Source: Candidatus Thorarchaeota archaeon
Lineage (GTDB): Archaea; Asgardarchaeota; Thorarchaeia; Thorarchaeales; Thorarchaeaceae
Length of the DNA: 29,642 nt
NCBI GenBank assembly: GCA_046758445.1
Contig: JBHIAE010000034.1
Span: forward strand, 1 to 29,642
Reading direction: 5' to 3'
Shown piece by piece: positions 8,762 to 18,274 of this stretch (its first letter is position 1; every line of letters begins with the position of its first letter). The notes under the pieces are model-generated. The model was not told the origin of the DNA and made no database searches. It was given only the letters and a program-made list of their open reading frames with translations. The translations under genes were made by a program, and so were the position numbers.

Positions 8762-9241
8762 ATGTCCATGGAGTCTATAACTTACTGCGAACCGGAGCGT
8801 CTTTTCTGCAGAACAAGGGAGATACTGCTTGCAGTTGACGGGAGCAAGGGTTCAGCCCGGGCGGCAACCGTGGCGTTCGAGATAGCCGAAATGACAGAGT
8901 CCAAAGTGTTCATCGTACATGTGATTCCGACTCCGTCGATCAAGCAGCTGTCTCTCATGACTGGAATGAAAGAGGATGAGGTCCTTGCCAAGTATACGAA
9001 GAACGGTGAAACACTGTTGGCAGGGTATAAGAATGCCTCAATTGAGTTCGACCTTGAAGTAGAGTTGTTGCTTGAGAAGGGCTTGCCTTCTGAGCGGGTG
9101 ATCATGGCAAGTGAGCAGCACAACGTCGACCTTATTGTGATTGGGTCAAGAGGAACGGCCGGTGGCAGGCGAGCAGGCATGGGTAGCTTCACAGAGAGAA
9201 TTGTGCTTCAGTCCAAGTGTCCTGTGATCGTCGTGAAGTAG
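8762..9241 (+). CDS. Universal stress protein (UspA family)
   Basis: ILLAVDGS, DLIVIGSRG and GSFTERIVLQSKCPVIVVK. Start trimmed to ATG 8762 (or 8768). Confidence 0.92.
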   Translation: MSMESITYCEPERLFCRTREILLAVDGSKGSARAATVAFEIAEMTESKVFIVHVIPTPSIKQLSLMTGMKEDEVLAKYTKNGETLLAGYKNASIEFDLEVELLLEKGLPSERVIMASEQHNVDLIVIGSRGTAGGRRAGMGSFTERIVLQSKCPVIVVK

Positions 9242-9394
9242 GAAACCTCCTTCGGCTCAACACTTCCAGCCATAGCCATCCGCTATGCCAGGTACGGTCC
9301 TCAACTTCTATGATTGAACCTCCTGAAGTTGGGTTGATGCTACGCGAAATCCGTTTAATAGCAAGCACTTGAGAGGGTACTTGCGTGGAGTAAG

Positions 9395-10813
9395 ATGAGC
9401 GACGAAACCGGGACTCGGAACAGTCCAGACGTCAAGCCACTTCGTCAGCTGTTTCACTTCTCACACTTCACTCACTTCTATAGACTCTACGTACCTGCGT
9501 CAATCCTGATAGGCATAGTCTGCGGCCTGTTCATGGTCTGCTTCCAAGTCCTTATTGACGTGCTGACCAGCGGACTCCTCGGAATTCCAGTGTTCTTGGC
9601 TCCATTGATAGGAGGGGTCGTCTCGGGACTTCTGATCTACTTCGGTCATCGCGAGATAGAGGGGAGTGGAATATCGAAGGCAATAGAACTCACTCACGAC
9701 CCAGTTGAGCTTAAGTCTCAGACCGCCGTCAGCAAGATGATTGCGACTTCTTTGTCGATCGGGTCTGGCAACCCTGTTGGTCGTGAGGGTCCTGCTGTAC
9801 TCATAGGGGCGGCCATTGGCAACAACGTCGGCCGTCTCTTTGGATATGATGACGCGCCTCATCTGCGAGTCTTCATCATGATGGGGTCTGCAGCTTGCAC
9901 TGCTGGGATATACAAGGCTCCTCTTGGAGGTGCATTGTTCGCTTCAGAGGCTCCCTACAAGAGAGACGCGCGAATGGGCTACTTTGTCCCTTCCGTCTTG
10001 GCAGCAATAACCTCTTACATCGTCTTCGCAATCCTCCTTGGAATAGACTCTCTTCTCAGTCTGGATGTCAGATTTACGCTAACTCTTCAAGTTCTCCCCT
10101 TCGTCGTAGTACTTGGTGTTGCTGCTGGCGCGGTTGCGATATTCTTCTCGGTCTTCTTGATGTTCATGCGCAACGTGTTCAGGATTCGCCTTCCTGATTG
10201 GGCGGACCCGGTTGCGGGCTCCCTGCTTGGATGCGTGGTGATCTTCCTGGTTGGTCTATGGATGGTTCCGGACCTGAATGTGGCAGGTCTTGGCTATTCT
10301 GTGATTGAGAACATAGCCTTGGGCGGCACGACCGTGCCTATAGCGACCTTGCTTGTACTTCTCTTGGGCAAGCTCTTTGCATCTTCGTTTGTTGTTGCAG
10401 GTCGGGTGTCAGGCGGAGTCCTTGCTTCCTCAATCTTCGTGGGAGCAATGCTTGGCGCACTATGCGGTGAGGTCTTCTTTCCAGAGCATATCGCAGCTTT
10501 CATAGTCATGGGAATGGGCGCCGTACTGGCCGCTACCACGAATACGCCTGTAGCCACAACCATTCTTGTCCTTGAGATCAGTCACTCTTTTGAGCTCCTG
10601 ATACCGCTGGCTATTTGCATCTCAGTTTCATACTTAGTCGGAGGAGGAACGTCTCTGTATGAGGGTCAGAAGGTGACTAGAGACGATGAAGACCCCGGTT
10701 ACTTTGCTCGTGTCAATATCATCCCCGAGGGAGAAGACCTTATCTCAGCTTTTGCAGATGCCAACCCGGTAGACAGCGAAGAAGAGACCTCGGATGATGG
10801 AGGCTCTGTGTAG
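9395..10813 (+). CDS. CLC family chloride channel / H+-Cl- antiporter (no CBS domain)
   Basis: GSGI, GREGP (gating Glu), APLGGALFASE (proton Glu), SGGVLA and SLY motifs, with multiple TMs. Confidence 0.92.
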   Translation: MSDETGTRNSPDVKPLRQLFHFSHFTHFYRLYVPASILIGIVCGLFMVCFQVLIDVLTSGLLGIPVFLAPLIGGVVSGLLIYFGHREIEGSGISKAIELTHDPVELKSQTAVSKMIATSLSIGSGNPVGREGPAVLIGAAIGNNVGRLFGYDDAPHLRVFIMMGSAACTAGIYKAPLGGALFASEAPYKRDARMGYFVPSVLAAITSYIVFAILLGIDSLLSLDVRFTLTLQVLPFVVVLGVAAGAVAIFFSVFLMFMRNVFRIRLPDWADPVAGSLLGCVVIFLVGLWMVPDLNVAGLGYSVIENIALGGTTVPIATLLVLLLGKLFASSFVVAGRVSGGVLASSIFVGAMLGALCGEVFFPEHIAAFIVMGMGAVLAATTNTPVATTILVLEISHSFELLIPLAICISVSYLVGGGTSLYEGQKVTRDDEDPGYFARVNIIPEGEDLISAFADANPVDSEEETSDDGGSV

Positions 10814-10888
10814 GGCTTTCAATAAGTTAATAGGCCATCGGGATAGCAACTATGGTTTAGAACCGCTGAGTCCAAGGAGGAGTAAAGA

Positions 10889-13315
10889 TTGAAAAGACGG
10901 TACGTTGGCACGCTACTTATTCTGGTTCTTGCACTACCGGTCATGTTCTATGTACCGAATGTCCTCGTTGGGATCTTTGGGTTTGCCAAATCCAAAGATT
11001 CAACCATCGACTTTCATTCACTTAGTAGTGAATATGACGGCGAGATACCAGTTGTTGTAAGTTTCACTAACGCACTCACAGAAGAATGGATATCAGAGAT
11101 ACAATCGCATGATGTGAGGTTCAGCTTGGGCTCTCGAGAAGCGAGCCGAGTTGGTGATTACTATATTCTTCGAGGGACTCCAGACGGGCTCTCATCTCTC
11201 CAAGAGATGGGCCTGTTTGATAGTCTGGCTCTGGGCGCACCTTCAGGGAACATGCATCCTTCGCGGGATGTTTCCATTCCAGAGATAGCCGCCGATGACG
11301 TCTGGAGGACTATTGACGGACTTGGGAGGAACATAACCGGAGAGGGTATCCTAATCGCAGATCTCGACTCTGGAGTTGACTGGCTTCATCCAGATCTGTG
11401 GTTTGCCGATGGACCGACCTATAACTGGTATGAGTCGGGACTCCCGGATGCAGTCTTCACGAACGGTACTGATTATGTCGATTTGAACGGCGATTTGATT
11501 AAGCAACCTGACGAGAGTCTGTTTCATATCGACCTTGACAATGACGGTGTCATTGATACACGCACGGAATGGCTTTGGGCAGACAACATTTCCCAAGATG
11601 GAGTGATACAGATAGGCGAGCCCTTCTTTATTGTCAATGATACTGATGATGATGGAGCCATCGGTTTCACTGAAACACTTGTGATGCTGAGTACCCCCAA
11701 GACCAGGTATATCGTCGAAGGAAACGGGACCCTAGGAGGGATTCAGGTCTGGGATCGAAGTGCGAATCTCACCTCAACAACACACAAGGACATAGACGGT
11801 CACGGCACCACTGTTTCAGGTATTCTCCTAGGTGGTCATCTGGGCTTCAACAGAACGTACGTCGGCGTAGCTCCAAGTGCAGAATTGATGATGGTCAAAG
11901 TTCTTAGTGACAACTGGGGCAACTATGATTGGGTGGACATGCTCGATGCGCTGGGTTGGGCCTATAATCACGGAGCAGATGTAATCCTAACGGAGATTGG
12001 TTCATGGACATACCATTATCTGGACGGTAGTTCCGCAGAAGCCCTGCTTATTGATGCCATTGTATCGAATGGGGTTCCAGTGATTTCTCCAAGTGGCAAT
12101 CTTGGTGGAAAGCATAAGCATGCTCTCACAAACACCCTTCCAGGCATTGCAACCCAAATCGACTTCACGATTCCCCAACCTTTCACCCCAGGCGAGGGTG
12201 AATACATCGACTCAGAGATACGGGAAGTGTATATCACAGTGCTGTCGCGGAACACAACTGACTTTGCTGCCAGCAACTTCAGTCTGTTTATGGACATGTC
12301 AGCCTTTGTCCTACCGCCAGTCACCATCTATCTGCATCCTGGTGCAGGCTACCAGAACTTCTTCAAAGAACCAGCATCTCCAGCGCAGTTCGACGTACTT
12401 TCATTCATCTCGGTTTCTAGTCGCGGCACCAAGATGCTTGGTATAAAGATAAACGGCACACTGCCGGTCACACTTGCCCCTCCGTGGCATCAGCTCAACA
12501 TCACTACACCTCAGGAAACGACTTTCCACAGCTACATAGCGGATGACCAAAGCTCCTGGACTGGTGGATGTATCTGGAAGAGCCATGTTTCAGATGACTT
12601 TGAGATAACTTGGCCGTCTACTGCCGACAGCGCATTGAGCGTTGCTAGCTACAGAACCAGAAATCTAGTCCAATCTGGGTGGAATCCACCTGATGTGGTC
12701 GGCGACATTGCTGGCTTCTCATCTCGTGGGCCACGCATTGATGGAGTGGCCAAACAGGGAGTGGCAGCCCCGGGAGGCTTCGACATCATCTCGGACTATA
12801 CGAACGAATCAACATGGGAACCTTGGTTCAACGGTTTCGGAGCATTGTCATTCGGACCGCGCTTTGGAAGCTACCGACTCTTCAGTGGAACTAGCGCTTC
12901 GGGCCCACATGTCGCTGGATGTGCCGCGCTAATGCTTCAAGCTAAACCGACAATTGGGGTGACGGCGGCAGCCCTAATCCAGTCAACAGCTAGGACTGAC
13001 GGATTCACTGGACCGGTACAGAATTCTGTGTGGGGTTGGGGCAAGCTGAATGTTTCAGCCGCGGTAGAAGCAGCTATCAGTACCACCACAACGACGACTA
13101 CAACCACTACAACAACGACAACAACAACTACTACAACAACCACAGGCACGACCACTACAACTACCACAGGGACGACCACAACCACAACAACGACTGCTAC
13201 CACGACTCCAACAATACCGGAGTTCCCGAACTACCTTGTTCTTGCTGCTATGCTTGGAGCAATCCTAGTATTGATTGTCATATCGGTAGCGGTTTCACGA
13301 AGACGGGGCAAATAG
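10889..13315 (+). CDS. Cell-surface subtilisin-like (S8) serine protease with Thr-rich linker and C-terminal membrane anchor
   Basis: Catalytic motifs DLDSG, GHGTTVSG and SGTSASGPHVAG, plus FSSRGP and WGWGKLN. N-terminal signal, poly-Thr linker, and IPEFP-TM-RRRGK. TTG start after GGAGG. Confidence 0.93.
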   Translation: MKRRYVGTLLILVLALPVMFYVPNVLVGIFGFAKSKDSTIDFHSLSSEYDGEIPVVVSFTNALTEEWISEIQSHDVRFSLGSREASRVGDYYILRGTPDGLSSLQEMGLFDSLALGAPSGNMHPSRDVSIPEIAADDVWRTIDGLGRNITGEGILIADLDSGVDWLHPDLWFADGPTYNWYESGLPDAVFTNGTDYVDLNGDLIKQPDESLFHIDLDNDGVIDTRTEWLWADNISQDGVIQIGEPFFIVNDTDDDGAIGFTETLVMLSTPKTRYIVEGNGTLGGIQVWDRSANLTSTTHKDIDGHGTTVSGILLGGHLGFNRTYVGVAPSAELMMVKVLSDNWGNYDWVDMLDALGWAYNHGADVILTEIGSWTYHYLDGSSAEALLIDAIVSNGVPVISPSGNLGGKHKHALTNTLPGIATQIDFTIPQPFTPGEGEYIDSEIREVYITVLSRNTTDFAASNFSLFMDMSAFVLPPVTIYLHPGAGYQNFFKEPASPAQFDVLSFISVSSRGTKMLGIKINGTLPVTLAPPWHQLNITTPQETTFHSYIADDQSSWTGGCIWKSHVSDDFEITWPSTADSALSVASYRTRNLVQSGWNPPDVVGDIAGFSSRGPRIDGVAKQGVAAPGGFDIISDYTNESTWEPWFNGFGALSFGPRFGSYRLFSGTSASGPHVAGCAALMLQAKPTIGVTAAALIQSTARTDGFTGPVQNSVWGWGKLNVSAAVEAAISTTTTTTTTTTTTTTTTTTTTTGTTTTTTTGTTTTTTTTATTTPTIPEFPNYLVLAAMLGAILVLIVISVAVSRRRGK
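13082..13213 (+). repeat. Thr-rich low-complexity coding repeat (ACN codons)
   Basis: A run of about 40 Thr codons with mixed third positions, forming the linker of the S8 protease. Confidence 0.9.
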
Positions 13316-13443
13316 ACCAGCAGAGTCCGCGATGAAGAACCTGCAGTTCTGAGCGGCTTGTTGGCTGCTGGGGTCTTGAGATGCGCTTATATGAGACGAG
13401 ATTGTAGCGAGCCTGATGAGTAGACAGGCAAAAGGGACAGTCC

Positions 13444-13812
13444 ATGAAACACCTCGGTGAGTTTGAGCTCCGAATGGAGCGAAGGTTTGGCCTCTCTAGT
13501 AGGCGTATCCCAGTAGAGGTTCTCGTTGATCACGAGAGTACAACAGTGGTCCTTGACTGTGGATGCTGCAAGGAACTACTAGAGAACAAACTCCCAGGAG
13601 GTATTCTCATACCTATTGCTTCTGCCCTGAAGTCGTATTTCGAGAGTCATGGCATGAGAAACGTCGATGTCAGTGTGAATGGTACGTTGATGCGGAGAAC
13701 ATACAAAGGGGTCGCGGTCGAAAAGATGGTTCCCCAGATGAAGAGCCAACTGGAGGATGCTGTTTCTAAGTTCACAAGGAAGAGAAGGGGCCTACTAAGA
13801 GCACGTGTTTGA
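13444..13812 (+). CDS. Hypothetical protein (122 aa, CGCC motif)
   Basis: ATG-initiated ORF with protein-like composition. TTATAT box about 50 nt upstream. Confidence 0.7.
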   Translation: MKHLGEFELRMERRFGLSSRRIPVEVLVDHESTTVVLDCGCCKELLENKLPGGILIPIASALKSYFESHGMRNVDVSVNGTLMRRTYKGVAVEKMVPQMKSQLEDAVSKFTRKRRGLLRARV

Positions 13813-14569
13813 AGATCTATCTGACTCACTTTTGCGCAAATGAACAACCGTCAAAAAAGATGAGAAACTGCGAAAAGATGCAAAATTCGTCCAAAAATGG
13901 ACAAGATAGGCGTAACTTCACACTATCTTGGCCAGAAGAAGACGTTAATCAGAAGCACGTCTGTCTTACTTCAGATGAGAATTGATACTGCTAGAGAAGA
14001 AGATGGGGACGCTGGCCAGAGCCAAAGACTTGGTGCCCTATTGGGCATTGAGGTCCACCCTCTCTTTTGTGAACGTGAGTGGTGCTCCAAAACACGGGAA
14101 AAGGACGCCGTTCTCTGAACACTAGGTGAGAGCCGAATCTCCACAAATGAGGACATTCGGATTGGCGAACGAATCCCGCCCACGCATCAAAGATATCTCC
14201 AATGCATTAGGAGCAACGGGCTTCGGCCAGTCGTCCGATAGACAAGTATGCTTCCTATGAACATAAGCGTTTCTTCTTGCAGAAAGGCTTCTGAACTCGC
14301 ATGAAGCTCATGGAAAACTACTCTATAGTCGCAGACCACGGAGTATTGACACCCGCGGCTATTGTCAGACATAGTTCTGCGACTGAGAACCAATCCCTAG
14401 AGCGAGTCTTGGTGAATAGGACTGGACTTCAACAAAGATTACATGTCAAGTGCTGCGGCGTCTGCAAGAGAAAGGGATATCAAGGCCTCCCTTCCCGAGC
14501 TTCACAATGAACCTTCCAAGATGAGAATCTTGGATAACAGAAGTCGACTTGGGTCAGCGGTGCCACAAT

Positions 14570-15043
14570 ATGGAAACGACGGAAGACAGCTTCATGAGGC
14601 AATGGAGCTATGGCAAGGTAACACAGTGGGTACTGCTGACAATTGCCTTGATGGCCCTTCAGCTGGGGACTGGCAGACGGTTCCTGCCGCACATGGCCGC
14701 AGCTGCAGGAGCTATTGCCTCATTGGCCACAATTGTCATCTTCCTTCTCATACGGTTTGCTAACTCAGTCCTCAGATTGCTCACGCTTGGCGGCATCCTT
14801 GTCAGTGTACTGTTCTTTCTTGGGCTGTTGCTGGGAGGGCTTTTTGTAGTGATTGTGGTTGCCATTGTGTTATTGGCTGGGTCATATTGGATTGCGGTTC
14901 TGGTCCCCGGCATTGCTCAATTCTCTGGGCAGTATTTGGTGCTATTCATTTCGTTCATCATAGAAGTCATCCTGACAAGATGGAACTTGGACTTCATCAC
15001 GAAAGTACTACAGCTCGTCCGGACTCCGCGATCCGAGATCTAG
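14570..15043 (+). CDS. Hypothetical small polytopic membrane protein
   Basis: About 4-5 hydrophobic helices. Start taken at ATG 14570. Confidence 0.6.
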   Translation: METTEDSFMRQWSYGKVTQWVLLTIALMALQLGTGRRFLPHMAAAAGAIASLATIVIFLLIRFANSVLRLLTLGGILVSVLFFLGLLLGGLFVVIVVAIVLLAGSYWIAVLVPGIAQFSGQYLVLFISFIIEVILTRWNLDFITKVLQLVRTPRSEI

Positions 15044-15180
15044 GCCCGCATTGTTCGGAACTCTTCAAGACCATCATTTATATCAAAGACTCACCTGAAT
15101 ATTCTACAACCACATAACTTTAAAGGAACAGGAAATCTAGTGGACCGAAGTCCCGAGAATCGTAGTCAGAGGTGTTCTGA

Positions 15181-16248
15181 TTGAATGGAATCAAAGTAGC
15201 AATCGTCGGCGTCGGCAACTGCGCGAGCGCGTTGGTGCAGGGCGTTGAATACTACAAGGATGCTAAAGCGAATGAAGAACTCGTGGGTCTAAGTCACCCA
15301 GATTTCGCGGGCTATCATGTGAGAAACATCCAGTTCGTGGCTGCCTTCGACGTGGCCGAGGGCAAGGTTGGATTTGATTTAGCTGATGCAATCTTCGCAT
15401 CGCCCAATAACGTGATGCGCTTTGCAGAGGTCCCGAAGACTGGAGTCAAAGTGAAGAAGGGTCCAATCTTGGACGGTGTTGATGACATGCTGAAAGCACT
15501 AGTCAAGGTTTCTGGCGTTGCTGAGGTCGATGTGGTGAAGGCACTTCAGGAATCTGGATCTGAGATTGTGGTTAACTTGCTGCCGGGGTCGGCTGAGGAG
15601 GCTACCAAGTTCTATGCCGATGCAAGCTTGAAGGCGGGATGCGCCTTCATCAATGGTGCACCGATACCCATTGCTTCTGATCAGGAATGGAGTAAGAGAT
15701 ACGAAGAACGGGGACTACCGCTGGTCGGCGATGACATTCAGGATCAGCTTGGTTCAACAGTGCTCCATCGTAATCTTCTACAGCTTCTTGTGGCTCGTGG
15801 CGTTAAGGTTGACAAAAGCTACCAGCTGGATGTTGGAGGTGGCGCCGAGTCGCTTGACTCGCACTACCGCGGTCGAATGAGGAAGCGTGGGGTGAAGAGT
15901 AGCGCAATCAGTCAGGATCTTCCTTATGATGCTCCTTTGGTGGCCGGATCTTCTGACTATGTGCCATTCATGGACAACAGTCGAGAATCATACTTCTATA
16001 TCAAAGGTCGGCAGTTCGGCGGTGCCCCGATAAAGTTCGACATACGCGTAGAGGTCACTGATGGCCCGAACGCAGGCCCAATCTTGATTGACGCTATTCG
16101 TGGAGTCAAGCTGGCTTTGAAGAGGGAACTGGCTGGGTCTCTAGAGTCGTTGTCTGCTTACGGTTTCAAGATGCCGCCGACTCCAACGACGATGTACAGA
16201 GCAGAACGCTGGGTCGAGGAGTTCTTGCTTGGCAAGAGGAAGCTTTGA
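15181..16248 (+). CDS. ino1: myo-inositol-1-phosphate synthase family protein (divergent)
   Basis: GVGNCASALVQG, FVAAFDV, LPGSAEEAT, GDDI, DYVPF, D-PN and KMPP motifs. TTG start with GAGGTG RBS. Confidence 0.82.
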   Translation: MNGIKVAIVGVGNCASALVQGVEYYKDAKANEELVGLSHPDFAGYHVRNIQFVAAFDVAEGKVGFDLADAIFASPNNVMRFAEVPKTGVKVKKGPILDGVDDMLKALVKVSGVAEVDVVKALQESGSEIVVNLLPGSAEEATKFYADASLKAGCAFINGAPIPIASDQEWSKRYEERGLPLVGDDIQDQLGSTVLHRNLLQLLVARGVKVDKSYQLDVGGGAESLDSHYRGRMRKRGVKSSAISQDLPYDAPLVAGSSDYVPFMDNSRESYFYIKGRQFGGAPIKFDIRVEVTDGPNAGPILIDAIRGVKLALKRELAGSLESLSAYGFKMPPTPTTMYRAERWVEEFLLGKRKL

Positions 16249-16253
16249 TCAGA

Positions 16254-16649
16254 CTAGCCATGGGCCTTAACATAGCTCGCAATGAGTTTCTTCAGTTGAT
16301 CTATCTTGGTGACTATCTTGAACTCTGTTTCATTTCCTATCTCTTCTAGAGTTTCGTTAAACCCCACGACGCTGGCATAGTCCTTCATATGGTTCTCTCG
16401 GACGACCTTCTTCCTTGCGGCAGGGTCGAACACAACAATCAGATTCTCAGGCTCGAAGTTGATGACAAGACTGCGGTTCAGATACTGAACCTTTCGACAC
16501 TTGGGACACTGGACTCTGTTCGCTTTCCCTGATTTTAGATTCCTCCAGAGATCACGGTCCTCTGACAGGTCGATGTGATCAATGACGTCGGCCTCGTACA
16601 CATGCTTGCACTTGACACACTTCACTTCAGTTGTGCTCTTTCCGGCCAT
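16254..16649 (-). CDS. CpXC domain zinc-binding protein
   Basis: CVKC...CPKC pairs with the intervening IDLSEDRDL..LKSG pattern. GGTGA RBS. Confidence 0.75.
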   Translation of the reverse strand: MAGKSTTEVKCVKCKHVYEADVIDHIDLSEDRDLWRNLKSGKANRVQCPKCRKVQYLNRSLVINFEPENLIVVFDPAARKKVVRENHMKDYASVVGFNETLEEIGNETEFKIVTKIDQLKKLIASYVKAHG

Positions 16650-16731
16650 CGAATCACCTGAGCTGGAATCGTAGTTCCCGTGTGAGCCACTTAAGATTTG
16701 CTACAGCTGCCCACCATAGTAGAGATTGAGT

Positions 16732-17382
16732 CTAGGACCCCGTTTCTGAAGAGCTCGCCTCATCTGAATTGAGGATCTCGTCCTCTATTGAGTCTTGGGA
16801 AACGTCTGATTCCTCGTCTTCGGTCTTCCTCTTGAAAATGATCCCCAAGATTATCGCAGTGAGTGCTACTGACCCTAGAATCGAAGGTACCGATCCGAAG
16901 AACGCACTGACAGCTGAGGCTATGAGTGCACCAGGAATTGTAACTGCAACCTTCCCTAGGGAGTAACTGACGAGAAGCTTTGGGATGCTATACTGTGTGA
17001 GTCCACAGTAAATCACTATCGGGTCGTCTGGGACCGGAGATCCGGCGGAGATGAGGAGCGCAATGGCACCCCATTTCTCAACTCTTTCTCTTTCGTACTC
17101 GATTTTTGCTAGCATGTTGTCAGACAATACAACACGTGATCCCCTCATTGTTGAGTAGAGTACAAGCTTGGACAATGTCGCAGAAAAGGCAACGACAACA
17201 CCAACTTGAATTGCCAGTACAACATCCAGCTGCCCCGGAAACATAAGCAGCATGGCAAGGCCGGCCAGGACCATATTGCTTGGGCTAATGAAAGGAATCA
17301 TGTTGACCATGAAGCACGCTAAGAAGAGACCTAGATACCCCTGTAGAATGAGGTCTATGACAATCTGTACTATATCCTGCAT
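16732..17382 (-). CDS. VTT/DedA (SNARE-associated Golgi protein family) membrane protein
   Basis: NMIPF, KWGAIALLISAGSPVPDD and GK motifs, several TMs and an acidic tail. Confidence 0.75.
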   Translation of the reverse strand: MQDIVQIVIDLILQGYLGLFLACFMVNMIPFISPSNMVLAGLAMLLMFPGQLDVVLAIQVGVVVAFSATLSKLVLYSTMRGSRVVLSDNMLAKIEYERERVEKWGAIALLISAGSPVPDDPIVIYCGLTQYSIPKLLVSYSLGKVAVTIPGALIASAVSAFFGSVPSILGSVALTAIILGIIFKRKTEDEESDVSQDSIEDEILNSDEASSSETGS

Positions 17383-17409
17383 ATCAACTCAGCATCTCGC
17401 CACAGAAAC

Positions 17410-17832
17410 TTAAGAGTGCACCTTGGCGACATGCACCATGCTGACGCCTTCAAGCGCCGCCAACTCGTCGCGAAGTTCTGTTTCTGTATTTATGAGCTGC
17501 CCTGGATTGAAATAGCATTCGTAGAAGCATCTCGTACCCCGGAGGCAGACACCAGTCGAGAATAACAGATCAACAAGCCCAGCTGACTTGAAGACCTGGG
17601 AGAGCTGAGTTAGGAAGTCATTTGTGAGCTTCTTAATCTCAACGGATAGAAAACGTACTTCTTGATCTTCGAGCGGGAATATCTTGATGAGACGGTCCTT
17701 ATGGACCAGCACCATAAGCCCATTCTTCGCGCCCATAGCTTCTCGGAACTGTGCTGGAAACTTCACAGTTTCATTGTCATCGTACACCAGAACTCTGCCG
17801 GCGGTTGCTCCTTCGTAGTCCTCGGACATCAT
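17410..17832 (-). CDS. Hypothetical regulator with AbrB/SpoVT-like N-terminus and ACT-like C-terminus
   Basis: VKFPAQFREAMG (AbrB-like), then FLTQLSQVFKSAG...ELAALEGVSMVHV (ACT-like). Confidence 0.55.
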   Translation of the reverse strand: MMSEDYEGATAGRVLVYDDNETVKFPAQFREAMGAKNGLMVLVHKDRLIKIFPLEDQEVRFLSVEIKKLTNDFLTQLSQVFKSAGLVDLLFSTGVCLRGTRCFYECYFNPGQLINTETELRDELAALEGVSMVHVAKVHS

Positions 17833-18019
17833 ATCACCCGTTCGAGTTTCCCCAGACTCCGCTAACTGAAGTCTAACATTCTAGGCTTTGAGAAACTCGA
17901 ATATAAATGAAGCTCCAATATCTGCTCCCATAGACCAGACAAATAGCCCCTGTCTTCTTAGCCAATCTGGGGGTGGTTTTTGAGGATACGTTCTGGACAG
18001 AAGCTCGAGTGCGCCGGAA

Positions 18020-18274
18020 ATGACCGAGAACCAAGCTGTCCCTACTGGTAGGTATCGTGATGTAGCTGAGCTCCGCGTTCAATGCTTTTGCGAGTATCGG
18101 TTACATCTCAGCCGAAAGCGTGGCTACAAATCATCTGCAGACAGCGTTCTCGGAATCCGTCTGCATCAACATGTACCATTACAATCTAAGCAAGGGCAAT
18201 CAGTTGGCGAAGCTATCATGGTTTTGGTCATTATCATGACAATCCTGGCAGCACTCCTATGGGTAGCTGGGTGA
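18020..18274 (+). CDS. N-terminal half of a split Cas4/AddB-like nuclease with C-terminal TM helix
   Basis: VAELRVQCFCEYRLHL...LGIRLH matches the Cas4 N-terminal motif with its first Fe-S Cys and G..H. It ends in a hydrophobic helix. Confidence 0.6.
   Translation: MTENQAVPTGRYRDVAELRVQCFCEYRLHLSRKRGYKSSADSVLGIRLHQHVPLQSKQGQSVGEAIMVLVIIMTILAALLWVAG

Noticed and set aside
9242-9394. Fluoride riboswitch upstream of the CLC gene
   Set aside because: Only a weak caacttc/gaagttg stem is present, the crcB motif is absent, and the CLC has the chloride-type GREGP.
12937-13335. Poly-Val antisense ORF and His/Asn-rich alternate-frame ORF
   Set aside because: These are shadow frames of the poly-Thr linker of the S8 protease.
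13897-14763. Short ORFs (68-106 aa) in the long intergenic region
   Set aside because: They overlap each other, have no recognisable motifs or clear RBS, and show atypical composition.
18272-18274. Selenocysteine or stop readthrough joining the two Cas4-like halves
   Set aside because: The two ORFs are in different frames, so readthrough cannot fuse them. No obvious slippery heptamer was seen.
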